From NCBI GenBank assembly GCA_963422765.1, contig OY730490.1, positions 1,613,861 through 1,677,860 on the forward strand: DNA of 64,000 nt, given 5' to 3'. Positions 55,471 to 64,000 of this stretch are shown in pieces (position 1 is the first letter of the stretch; every line of letters starts with the position of its first letter). The notes under the pieces are model-generated. The model did no database searches. It saw only the letters and a program-made list of their open reading frames with translations, and was not told the DNA's origin. Made by a program: the position numbers and the translations under genes. The stretch comes from Dehalococcoidia bacterium. GTDB lineage: Bacteria > Chloroflexota > Dehalococcoidia > Lucifugimonadales > UBA3495.

Positions 55471-57699
55471 ATGCCAGAAGCTGCCAAGATTATTTACACC
55501 AAGATTGATGAGGCGCCGGCCTTGGCCACGCACTCGCTGCTGCCGGTTCTTCAGGCCTTTACCAATGGGGCCGGTATCGAACTGGAGACTTGGGATATTT
55601 CGCTGGCCGGCCGCATTATTGCCAATTTTCCCGACCATCTGACGGATGACCAGAGAATCCCTGACTACCTGACTATCTTGGGCGAGTTGTCCGAGGACCC
55701 GTCTGCGAACATCATCAAGTTGCCCAACATCAGTGCCTCTATTCCCCAGTTGAAGGGGGCAATAAGGGAACTGCAAAGCAAGGGCTATAACATTCCTGAC
55801 TACCCGGACGATCCTGCAACTGACGAAGAGCGCGAAGCCCGGTCTCGCTATTCCAGGGTGATAGGCAGCGCGGTGAACCCCGTTCTGAGGCAAGGCAACT
55901 CAGATCGCCGGTCGTCCAACTCGGTCAAGGAACATGGCAAGCGCAATCCCCACCGGATGATGCAGAACTGGCCGGAAGTGTCCAAGACCCGCGTAAGCCA
56001 CATGAAAAGCGGGGATTTCTACGGCAGCGAGAAGGCGTTAACCATCGGGGCATCCGGGTCGGCAGCGATCGAATTTGTGGCCCTCGACGGGAGTGTGACC
56101 GTGCTCAAGGCCGACATCCCGTTGTTAGCCGACGAAATCGTAGATTGCGCCACGATGAATGTGCGCGAGCTGCGGAATTTTTACACTGAAGAAATGGCAA
56201 ACGCCAAAGCGGACGGCGTGTTGCTCTCGCTGCATCTGAAGTCGACCATGATGCGCGTGTCCGATCCGATTATTTTCGGCCACTGCGTGTCAGTCTACTA
56301 TCAGGACGTGTTGACCAAGCACGCGGCTGAAATGTCTGAGATTGGGGTGAACCCCGACAATGGGGTGGCTGAACTCCTGACCAAGATTCAATCTCTGCCT
56401 GAGAGCAAACGGGCGGAAATCGAGGTGGACATCCAGGCAGTCTATAGCACGCGCCCAGAACTGTCGATGGTGAACTCCAGCCGGGGCATCACCAATCTGC
56501 ATGTGCCGAGCGATGTGATTATTGACGCCAGTATGCCGGTGATTATCCGTGATGGCGGCCGCACATGGGGGCCCGACAACGAGTTGCACGACACCATTGC
56601 GATGATTCCTGACCGCTCTTACTCGACTCTATATCAGGCGGCCATTGAAGACTGCCAAGAGCATGGGGCATTTGACCCGGCCACCATCGGCAGCGTGGCC
56701 AACGTCGGGCTGATGGCTCAGGCAGCCGAAGAGTACGGGTCTCATGACAAGACCTTTACGTCCCCAGGCGACGGGACGATTCGGGTCGTGGACGCATCAG
56801 GAACGACACTGATGGAACAGAGCGTCGAGGAAGGCGACATTTTTCGGATGTGCCAGACCAAAGACGCAGCGATTGAAGACTGGGTCAAGCTGGGGGTCAA
56901 TCGGGCAAGAATCACCGGCACGCCGGCCATCTTCTGGCTGGACCGGAACCGCGCTCACGACGCTGAGCTAATCAAGAAAGTAGACCAATATCTGCCCACG
57001 CATGACACCACCGGGTTAGACATTCGCGTAATGGCTCCCATTGACGCGATAAAGTTCGCTATGGCGCGGAGCAGGGCCGGTCAGGACACCATTTCCGTGA
57101 CTGGCAACGTGTTGCGCGATTATCTGACCGACCTCTTCCCCATTTTGGAACTGGGCACCAGCGCCAAGATGCTTTCGGTCGTTCCTCTGCTCAAAGGCGG
57201 CGGGATGTTTGAAACGGGCGCTGGCGGGTCGGCCCCCAGGCACGTGCAGCAATTCTTGGAGGAAGGTCACTTGCGCTGGGATTCCTTGGGTGAATTCTGT
57301 GCCCTTGTCGCCTCCTTTGAGCACTGCGCCCAAGTGTTCCAGAACGACAGGGCCAAACTCTTGGCTGAGACCTTGGACCAAGCGATTGGGGAACATCTGG
57401 AACAACGCCGGGCTCCATCGCGCCGGGTGAACGAACTGGATACCCGAGGCAGTCATTTCTACCTCGCTCTATACTGGGCGGAAGCGCTGGCGAATCAGAC
57501 TCAAGATCCCGAGCTGCAGACTCGCTTTACCGAGGTGGCCCAGCAGTTGGCCGCCAGCGAAACCAGAATCCTCCAAGAGTTGACCGACGCCCAAGGACAG
57601 CCGGTCGATATCGGGGGCTATTATATGCCCGATGACGCTATGGCCGCCAAAGCCATGCGCCCCAGCGCCACTCTGAATGCGATTGTGGACGCAATCTAG
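55471..57699 (+). CDS. icd: Monomeric NADP-dependent isocitrate dehydrogenase
   Basis: About 742 aa, N-terminus [34 protein letters not shown]. Confidence 0.9.
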   Translation: MPEAAKIIYTKIDEAPALATHSLLPVLQAFTNGAGIELETWDISLAGRIIANFPDHLTDDQRIPDYLTILGELSEDPSANIIKLPNISASIPQLKGAIRELQSKGYNIPDYPDDPATDEEREARSRYSRVIGSAVNPVLRQGNSDRRSSNSVKEHGKRNPHRMMQNWPEVSKTRVSHMKSGDFYGSEKALTIGASGSAAIEFVALDGSVTVLKADIPLLADEIVDCATMNVRELRNFYTEEMANAKADGVLLSLHLKSTMMRVSDPIIFGHCVSVYYQDVLTKHAAEMSEIGVNPDNGVAELLTKIQSLPESKRAEIEVDIQAVYSTRPELSMVNSSRGITNLHVPSDVIIDASMPVIIRDGGRTWGPDNELHDTIAMIPDRSYSTLYQAAIEDCQEHGAFDPATIGSVANVGLMAQAAEEYGSHDKTFTSPGDGTIRVVDASGTTLMEQSVEEGDIFRMCQTKDAAIEDWVKLGVNRARITGTPAIFWLDRNRAHDAELIKKVDQYLPTHDTTGLDIRVMAPIDAIKFAMARSRAGQDTISVTGNVLRDYLTDLFPILELGTSAKMLSVVPLLKGGGMFETGAGGSAPRHVQQFLEEGHLRWDSLGEFCALVASFEHCAQVFQNDRAKLLAETLDQAIGEHLEQRRAPSRRVNELDTRGSHFYLALYWAEALANQTQDPELQTRFTEVAQQLAASETRILQELTDAQGQPVDIGGYYMPDDAMAAKAMRPSATLNAIVDAI

Positions 57700-57859
57700 C
57701 GACACAACGGCTATATGGACGCGGGTCTTCAGCTCGCCGGCTTATAGACGAAGTAAATCAGCCAACAGATCATCCAGAGGGGAGTCGTAGGGATTCCCCT
57801 CTACTAACCACCGGCAGCATCGAATGCGAGCTGCCTCACTTTGGAGGAAAAACCAGCCA

Positions 57860-58801
57860 ATGCGAAGCAAAGTAAGCGTAGTCGGCGCGGGCAACGTAGG
57901 CGCAACCACGGCACAGCGGATACACCAACTGGGTTACGCCGACGTGGTGATAGTCGATATAGTAGAAGATCTGCCTCAGGGCAAGTCTCTGGATATGCTG
58001 GAATCCGGGCCGGTATTAGGCACCGACGCCCTCATCACCGGCAGCAACGGCTATGAAGAGACCGCCGGCTCCGACGTCGTAGTCATTACCGCCGGCATCG
58101 CCCGTCGGCCGGGAATGAGCCGCGACGATTTGCTGCTCACCAACATGCGAATCACCTCAGCCGTCACCGAGCAGGTGGTCAAGCATTCCCCCAACTGCAT
58201 TATCATCCCGGTCACCAACCCGCTGGACGCCATGGTGCAAAACATCTATGAGACCAGCGGGTTCCCTCGCGAGCGCGTTTTCGGCATGGCCGGCGTCCTC
58301 GACACCGCACGCTTCCGCACCTTCATCGCCCAGGAAATGAACGTGTCGGTGGAGGACGTACAGGCCTACGTGCTTGGCGGCCACGGCGACGACATGGTGC
58401 CTCTGGTCCGATACACCACAGTCGGCGGCATCCCCATCAGCGAACTGATGGCCGCGGAAAAGGTGGAACAACTGGTGCGGCGCACCCGGCAGGGCGGCGG
58501 GGAAATCGTCCAACTGCTGAAGGAAGGCAGCGCCTACTATGCCCCATCGGCCGCCATCAGCCAGATGGTAGAGGCAGTGCTGCTGGACAAAAAGCGCATC
58601 CTGCCCGCCTGCGCCTACCTGCAGGGCGAATACGGCATCAACGGCCTCTGCGTCGGCGTTCCAGTCAAGCTCGGCGCCGGGGGGGTGGAACAGGTGCTCG
58701 AAATTCGCCTTACGCCCGAAGAGCAGGCAGCCCTGCAAAGCTCTGCGGACAGCGTCAAGGAGCTGGTCGAGGTGATGAATCAAGCGAAAGCAGGAAAATA
58801 G
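57860..58801 (+). CDS. mdh: Malate dehydrogenase (LDH-like family)
   Basis: [12 protein letters not shown] Rossmann motif and [24 protein letters not shown]. Confidence 0.9.
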   Translation: MRSKVSVVGAGNVGATTAQRIHQLGYADVVIVDIVEDLPQGKSLDMLESGPVLGTDALITGSNGYEETAGSDVVVITAGIARRPGMSRDDLLLTNMRITSAVTEQVVKHSPNCIIIPVTNPLDAMVQNIYETSGFPRERVFGMAGVLDTARFRTFIAQEMNVSVEDVQAYVLGGHGDDMVPLVRYTTVGGIPISELMAAEKVEQLVRRTRQGGGEIVQLLKEGSAYYAPSAAISQMVEAVLLDKKRILPACAYLQGEYGINGLCVGVPVKLGAGGVEQVLEIRLTPEEQAALQSSADSVKELVEVMNQAKAGK

Positions 58802-58811
58802 CAGGGCTGGT

Positions 58812-58850
58812 AATTAAGGGCCGGGTTCATAACTCGCCCGGCCCTTAATT
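58812..58850 (+). terminator. Rho-independent terminator after mdh
   Basis: 14-bp stem (AATTAAGGGCCGGG / CCCGGCCCTTAATT) with an 11-nt loop, then TTGCTTTG. Confidence 0.7.
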
Positions 58851-59339
58851 TTGCTTTGCCGTATAAAGCGTCTGAAAGGTTCGGACTAACGGTTCAGGTT
58901 GGCTATCGCGTGCTTTTCAAGATAAGTTCTTTATATTTTGGGCTCTGACTGGAGTTTTTCTGGCGATTGCAATACCTTTGTCATCTGCTTGCTAGAATTC
59001 TCTTACTAGACGGCGAATAGCTACTGTTGTCTGTGTCAGTCTGGCATCAGCAACACTTGCGATTGCACTGATTGTCTCTTGCCGTGGAATCAAGGGGGTT
59101 TACGCCCAGCGCCGTCGGCCATTCGCTTGGATTGCTGTCAAAATTCTGAGTGCGGCATCAGGTAAACCAGTTTCGTCAGTTTTAGCTCTCGGAATAGTAA
59201 TCATTAACGGGAGTATAGCAGTTAGCTTGCCGCGCCGGGAAAAAGATTTCATAGCACTGTCAATATTGACGACCCGGTAAGCCCAGATAACCCGAGTAAT
59301 CTCATCTCCTGAACCTACCAAGCACGCTGGAGGCCCGCC

Positions 59340-60635
59340 ATGCCCAATCGCACTTCCGCGGAACAACACCTGCTGGAAAAAGCGGGCCGCTACTTGCCCG
59401 GCGGCAACACGGGCAATCTCCATTTCAACCCGGAACAGGATTTCCTGGTCGCCGGCGGCAAGGGGTCCAGGGTTTGGGACGTCAGCGGCAATGAATACGT
59501 GGACTGGCTGATGGGCAGCGGCCCGATGCTGCTGGGCCACGCCCACCCCCATGTCGTAGAGGCAGTCATCAAGACAGTGGAGCAGGGCAGCACCTTCTTC
59601 GCCAATAACGAAAAAGCCGTGATGCTGGCGGAGGCGCTGGTGGAGGCCGTTCCTTGCGCCGACAAGGTTCGCTTCACCACCAGCGGCACCGACGCCTGCT
59701 TCCAGGCCATGCGCATCGCCCGCGCCTTCACCGGAAAGGAAAAGGTGTTGAAGTTCGAGGGAGGCTACCACGGCAGCAGCGACTACGCCCTGATGAGCGT
59801 TACTCCCAGCGCCTCGCTGGAGTTCCCCCAATCCGAGGCCAATAGTGGCGGTATTCCCAAGGCTATCGCCGACCTAATGCTCATCGCCCCATTCAACGAC
59901 TTGGCCACAACTGAGACCATCATCCAAGCCCATCACGAAGAACTGGCGGCGGTCATCGTAGAGCCGTTGCAGCGCATCATCGCGCCCCGTCCGGGGTTCC
60001 TCCAGGGATTACGAGACATCACCGCCCGCTACGGCATCCCCTTGATTTTCGACGAGGTGGTTACGAGCTTTCGCTTGGCCTATGGCGGCGCGCAAGAATT
60101 CTACAGCGTGACGCCCGACCTCTGCTCTGTGGGAAAAATCATGGGCGGCGGGTATCCGCTGGCCGCCGTGCTGGGACGGGCTGACATTATGTCGGTCTAC
60201 GACCGGGGAGAGGTAGGCAGCGATACCTTCGTCAGCCAAGTGGGCACGCTAAACGGCAATCCAGTGGCCTGCGCCGCCGGCCTTGCGACGCTGGAAGCGC
60301 TGCGAGACGACCCCGACGCCTATCGCCGCATCCATGGCGCGGGAGCAGCCCTCCGAAGTGCAATGGCGGAATTGTGCGAAGAGCATGGCATCCCGGTGCA
60401 GAGTTGCGGCGAAGACGCGGTCTTCGACTTCTGCTTCACCAGCCAGGCGGTGCGCAACTACCGCGACACCCTGACGGGCGACGGCGCGGTAATGGCCCGC
60501 CTTAACGCCGGCCTGCTGGAGCAGGGTATCCTCAAGGGCGGCCAGAAGTATTACCCGTCTGCCGTTCATACCGAGGAAGACATCGAACGCACCATCGAAG
60601 CCTACCGCCACGTCGTGCCAACGCTGCAAGGGTAA
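59340..60635 (+). CDS. Class III (GSA-aminomutase-like) PLP aminotransferase
   Basis: FDEVVTSFRLAYGGAQ and SVGKIMGGGYPL (PLP Lys) motifs. The N-terminal region differs from canonical HemL. Confidence 0.75.
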   Translation: MPNRTSAEQHLLEKAGRYLPGGNTGNLHFNPEQDFLVAGGKGSRVWDVSGNEYVDWLMGSGPMLLGHAHPHVVEAVIKTVEQGSTFFANNEKAVMLAEALVEAVPCADKVRFTTSGTDACFQAMRIARAFTGKEKVLKFEGGYHGSSDYALMSVTPSASLEFPQSEANSGGIPKAIADLMLIAPFNDLATTETIIQAHHEELAAVIVEPLQRIIAPRPGFLQGLRDITARYGIPLIFDEVVTSFRLAYGGAQEFYSVTPDLCSVGKIMGGGYPLAAVLGRADIMSVYDRGEVGSDTFVSQVGTLNGNPVACAAGLATLEALRDDPDAYRRIHGAGAALRSAMAELCEEHGIPVQSCGEDAVFDFCFTSQAVRNYRDTLTGDGAVMARLNAGLLEQGILKGGQKYYPSAVHTEEDIERTIEAYRHVVPTLQG

Positions 60636-60733
60636 ATTCCGGTTATGCACAGGAAAATACAAGGGCTGGGATGATCCTCAGCCCCCTTGTATCACCATAT
60701 TGACTGCGCGGCGCGGCTGAAACTCATCCGCTC

Positions 60734-61486
60734 CTAACCCCATGGTTCGTGAATGAGAATCAGTTCGGCGAAGACTGCGTGCTGGCAGCCAAAGGCCTGA
60801 CCGTTTTCGGCGGCGTGGGCGGTGAGAAATTCGAAGGTGCGATTAGTGGATTCGGAGCCGAGGTACTCCAAATACGCTTTGTGCTGGCGGAGGGATTCCA
60901 GCCCCTGTTCCCAGTAGCCGGTCACATCTACGCCATGGGTGTAGCCGGCAGGGCCAAAGGCCGCTACGAAGCGGACGCCGCTCCACGGCTCTAATCCCTC
61001 ATCCAGAAGCTCCGGGAATATCCAGCGGTTGGCGGCATCTCGGGCGGCGTCAAACACCGCAAGGCCCACGTTGCGATGGTCGGCCATATTCAGGTGGCCG
61101 CTAGGGAATTGCATGTGGTGGCTCAGTGTGAGGATAACGTCAGGGCGATACTGGCGCAGGATGCGGCTGATATCGCGTCGCAGCGGCAGCCCGTACTCGA
61201 TAGTGCCGTCCGGGTAGTTCAGAAACTCCACGATGTCCACACCCACGGCTCGGGCTGCTTCAATTTCTTCCTGAGAACGCAACGGCCCCACTTCCTTCGG
61301 GTGCATATCGTTAATGCCCGCTTCCCCTCGCGACACCATCACATAGACAACCCGCTTTCCTTGAGAAATCCACTTGGCGACGCCGCTGGCGGCGCCGTAT
61401 TCCATATCATCAGGGTGGGCCACGATGGCCAGCGCGGTCTGCCAGTCCTCGGGCATTGCGTCGGAGGGGGGGTGTCGTTGCTGCAT
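60734..61486 (-). CDS. PIG-L/LmbE-family deacetylase
   Basis: AHPDDMEYGA motif. The ATG at 61486 is preceded by AAGAGG. Confidence 0.7.
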   Translation of the reverse strand: MQQRHPPSDAMPEDWQTALAIVAHPDDMEYGAASGVAKWISQGKRVVYVMVSRGEAGINDMHPKEVGPLRSQEEIEAARAVGVDIVEFLNYPDGTIEYGLPLRRDISRILRQYRPDVILTLSHHMQFPSGHLNMADHRNVGLAVFDAARDAANRWIFPELLDEGLEPWSGVRFVAAFGPAGYTHGVDVTGYWEQGLESLRQHKAYLEYLGSESTNRTFEFLTAHAAENGQAFGCQHAVFAELILIHEPWG

Positions 61487-61618
61487 AGAGTCGCCTCTTT
61501 CAATAATCCGGTGAAGGTTCAGAGTGAAATTCCCGATTGCCGGTTCCAGCACAAGGGGCCGCCGTCCGTACAGCGGCCCCGGCAGATGTCCAGTTGTGGG
61601 CCGCGTGGCGCCCGTTCT

Positions 61619-62509
61619 CTAGTGAGAGGCCCCCGCGGGAGTCAGTTGGGTCAACAGCGGCCGTGTGTTGACGATGTGCCGGCGCAGGCCCAGTTCCTGC
61701 GGGCTGATACCCATAGCCAAACCAATGGCCTGGGGCATATGCAGGATGGGCAGACCAATCTCCCGCCCGGCCTGAGCTGCCGCCTTGGGCTGGAAGCTGT
61801 CCAGATTCAGGTGGCACAGCGGGCAGGGAGTGATCATGGCGTCGGCGCCCAAGTCTTTGGCTTCGCTGGTATGTTTGCTCACCATCGCCAGCGAGTTGCG
61901 TTCGTTGATGGTCAGAATTGGGAAGCCGCAACAACGGGTCTTGCCTGAGAAATCCACCACAGTTGCACCCAGAATCTCGATCAGGCGCTCCAGCGAATTC
62001 TGCCGCTCCGGGTTGTCGGCGAACTCCAACGCGTCGGTCGGACGCACTAGGTAGCATCCATAGAAAGGAGCGAGCCGGACACCGTGCAGCGGGCGGGTGA
62101 TAAGCTCTTCCAGCCTGTCCAGCCCGTAGTCCTCAATGAGAATCCAGAGCAGATGCTTGGGATCGGCATTACCTTTGTATTCCAGGCCCTCTTCGGCTAA
62201 GTATTCATTGACCCTAGCACGGTAATCAGGGTCGCGCAGGCGGAAATTGGCCTGGCTCATCACGCCCTGGCAGGTGCTACAGATGGTCATTATCGGCAGG
62301 TTCCAGTACTCGGCCATGGCGAAGGTGCGAGCGTTCAGGGTATCGCCCAGCAACTGATTCTTTTCCTGCAACACGCCCGCGCCGGTGCAGGAGGCGCCCT
62401 GCATCTCCCACAGGTCTATGCCTAACCGCTTGCAGATCAGCACGGCTGCCGGATACAACTCAGGGCAGCCGCCCCGCGAAACGCAGCCAGGAAAAAAAGC
62501 GTACCTCAA
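61619..62509 (-). CDS. CCG-domain (HdrB-like) subunit of a type-E succinate dehydrogenase/fumarate reductase
   Basis: MRYAFFPGCV start and CCG motif KTRCCGFP. It follows sdhA-sdhB. Confidence 0.7.
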   Translation of the reverse strand: MRYAFFPGCVSRGGCPELYPAAVLICKRLGIDLWEMQGASCTGAGVLQEKNQLLGDTLNARTFAMAEYWNLPIMTICSTCQGVMSQANFRLRDPDYRARVNEYLAEEGLEYKGNADPKHLLWILIEDYGLDRLEELITRPLHGVRLAPFYGCYLVRPTDALEFADNPERQNSLERLIEILGATVVDFSGKTRCCGFPILTINERNSLAMVSKHTSEAKDLGADAMITPCPLCHLNLDSFQPKAAAQAGREIGLPILHMPQAIGLAMGISPQELGLRRHIVNTRPLLTQLTPAGASH

Positions 62510-62559
62510 CTCTGGTCTCCCTTTAGAAATTATTCTCCAAATGATGGAAGAGGGCTTCC

Positions 62560-63528
62560 CTAGCGTTCCGTTTCGTCTACCTGCTCGAAGATGCGGCGGA
62601 CGTGTTCGATGCCCTCAATTTTCTTGTGCATAATGGGTGGCATCTTGCCTTTCTTCAGTGCTTGCAACGCTACCGGAGCGTAGCCTAGCAGGCCGGAGAC
62701 GTTGGTCATCCCCAAGGACTTGGGGACGAGGCGCAACTCGTCCAGAGTTCCGGTATGCTCCACAGACTCAGAGAAGGCCTCAGTGTGGCGCGCTCCGTTT
62801 GTATTGTGGAAGCCTGCCGCGATAGCTTGGTCGCGCATTGCCATGATGCGCTCCATTGGGGCCACCCCCTTGGGACAGGCCTGGACGCATTCGAGGCAAC
62901 GGGTGCAGTCCCACATTCCAGAAGGCGCGTTCAACTGCTCCAGCCGATCTTTCGATACCCCGGCATCATCGCCGTCCCGGGGATCGGCGGTGAAACGATA
63001 AGCCTTGGCGAGAGCCGCCGGGCCTAGGAAGGAAGGGTCAACTTCCATCACGGTGCAGTCGGACACGCAGGCCCCGCACATTATGCAGGCGGTAACGCCG
63101 GACAGATGAAGCATAGACTCGTTGGAAACGACGTATTCCTGCTCCGGTTCCGGGCCTTGGGGCTGTAAGTAGGGTTCGACCTCCATGATCTTGTCCCAAA
63201 AAAGGTCGAAGTTGACCACCAAGTCCTTGACAACCGGCATATTGCCCGCAGGTTCAACCTCGATTAGGTCGCCTTCCTTGAGAGAGGCGGCGGCCTGAGT
63301 CTTGCACGCGAGGCCGGCATGGCCGTTGATGCGCATAGCGCACGATCCGCAAATGGAACTGCGGCATGAGCAGCGCAGGCTCAGGGTGCCGTCCATGTCC
63401 TCTCTGATTTTGATGAGGGCGTCAAGGACAGTGGCGTTGTCCTCAATCTCCAGCGGGTAGTCCTGCCAGAAAGGGGCGGCGCTCTCCGCTTCCGGGTCTT
63501 GGCGCCGCACCCTGATGGTGACGTTCAT
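62560..63528 (-). CDS. sdhB: Succinate dehydrogenase/fumarate reductase iron-sulfur subunit with C-terminal extension
   Basis: CRSSICGSCAMRING, CIMCGACVSDC and CTRCLECVQACPKG cluster motifs. 322 aa. Confidence 0.85.
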   Translation of the reverse strand: MNVTIRVRRQDPEAESAAPFWQDYPLEIEDNATVLDALIKIREDMDGTLSLRCSCRSSICGSCAMRINGHAGLACKTQAAASLKEGDLIEVEPAGNMPVVKDLVVNFDLFWDKIMEVEPYLQPQGPEPEQEYVVSNESMLHLSGVTACIMCGACVSDCTVMEVDPSFLGPAALAKAYRFTADPRDGDDAGVSKDRLEQLNAPSGMWDCTRCLECVQACPKGVAPMERIMAMRDQAIAAGFHNTNGARHTEAFSESVEHTGTLDELRLVPKSLGMTNVSGLLGYAPVALQALKKGKMPPIMHKKIEGIEHVRRIFEQVDETER

Positions 63529-63618
63529 CGGCTGCTATCCTTTCTTTCAGTGTCTATGTCCTCACCGCCCCGTTCCCCTACCCTCTCAATAATGAAAAGG
63601 AACTCTTGATGAGATTTC

Positions 63619-64000
63619 CTAGTATTTCCGCTCTTCCGGTTCCCACCGGGTGATGCTGACTGGCGAGTAGGAGATTTCGGGGCCGGTTTCACCTTTGGCC
63701 ACCACCAGGTGCTTCATCCAGTTTTCATCGTCGCGGTCGGGATAGTCGGTGCGGGACTGGGCCCCTCGGCTGTCTTTGCGATCTATGGCGCTGACCACAA
63801 TGGGCGGGGCGCAGTCGAGCATAAAGCCCAACTCCAGAGCGAACACCAAGTCGGTGTTGAATACCTTGCCCTTGTTTTCCACCGGCACCGTCTTGAAGCG
63901 TTCCTGGAGCTGCTCCAAGTCATCCAGCGATTCCTCCATGCCTTCCTGGTTACGGAAAACGGCGAGATTGCGGTTCATGGACTCGCCCATGCCCAAACGG
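63619..64000 (-). CDS. sdhA: Succinate dehydrogenase/fumarate reductase flavoprotein subunit, C-terminal part only (gene continues beyond the window)
   Basis: The C-terminal ...RGAQSRTDYPDRDDENWMKH... segment is typical of SdhA/FrdA. Confidence 0.8.
   Translation of the reverse strand, partial: RLGMGESMNRNLAVFRNQEGMEESLDDLEQLQERFKTVPVENKGKVFNTDLVFALELGFMLDCAPPIVVSAIDRKDSRGAQSRTDYPDRDDENWMKHLVVAKGETGPEISYSPVSITRWEPEERKY

Overview
This is a high-GC (roughly 60%) bacterial chromosomal window, densely coded on both strands. The gene content is compatible with Chloroflexota-like organisms, but I cannot confirm that from sequence alone. Suggestive genes include a Uma2 nuclease, a GldG-type ABC system, a lipoprotein TRAP binding protein with a Pro/Thr linker, monomeric IDH and a type-E succinate dehydrogenase.

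Most of the window is housekeeping:
- cysteine desulfurase and polyamine genes speB/speH
- an ABC-2 exporter set and cinA
- coaE, rimI, groEL and selA
- dcd with ribD-ribE-ribBA
- prfB with its programmed +1 frameshift
- plsY, thrS, icd, mdh and sdhA/B with a CCG-domain subunit

Four stretches stand out.
1. 26.4-30.3 kb is a rearranging accessory patch. Paralogous modules (secreted Cys-containing protein plus 2-TM mini-protein) sit behind a conserved strong promoter, and a 145-nt leader/signal-peptide block is 144/145 identical between copies. The patch also holds decayed copies and a duplicated 5' fragment of the neighbouring endonuclease-Q-like gene.
2. 18.3-23.8 kb is an operon of coaE, a CbbQ/NorQ-type AAA+ ATPase, a CoA-pyrophosphatase Nudix and a 1123-aa NorD/CbbO-like VWA protein. 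No recognisable client enzyme is nearby.
3. 32.4-35.5 kb is an MmeI-like single-chain restriction-modification enzyme. One in-frame TAG interrupts it, and that TAG lies in the loop of a perfect 18-bp AT-rich palindrome.
4. A MITE-like repeat family with 16-bp terminal inverted repeats occurs at 17.8 kb and 38.1-38.5 kb.

Three otherwise intact genes each carry a single in-frame stop (TGA, TAG, TAA). No rRNA, tRNA or CRISPR array was found. All functional calls come from motif recognition by eye, and no database search was run.
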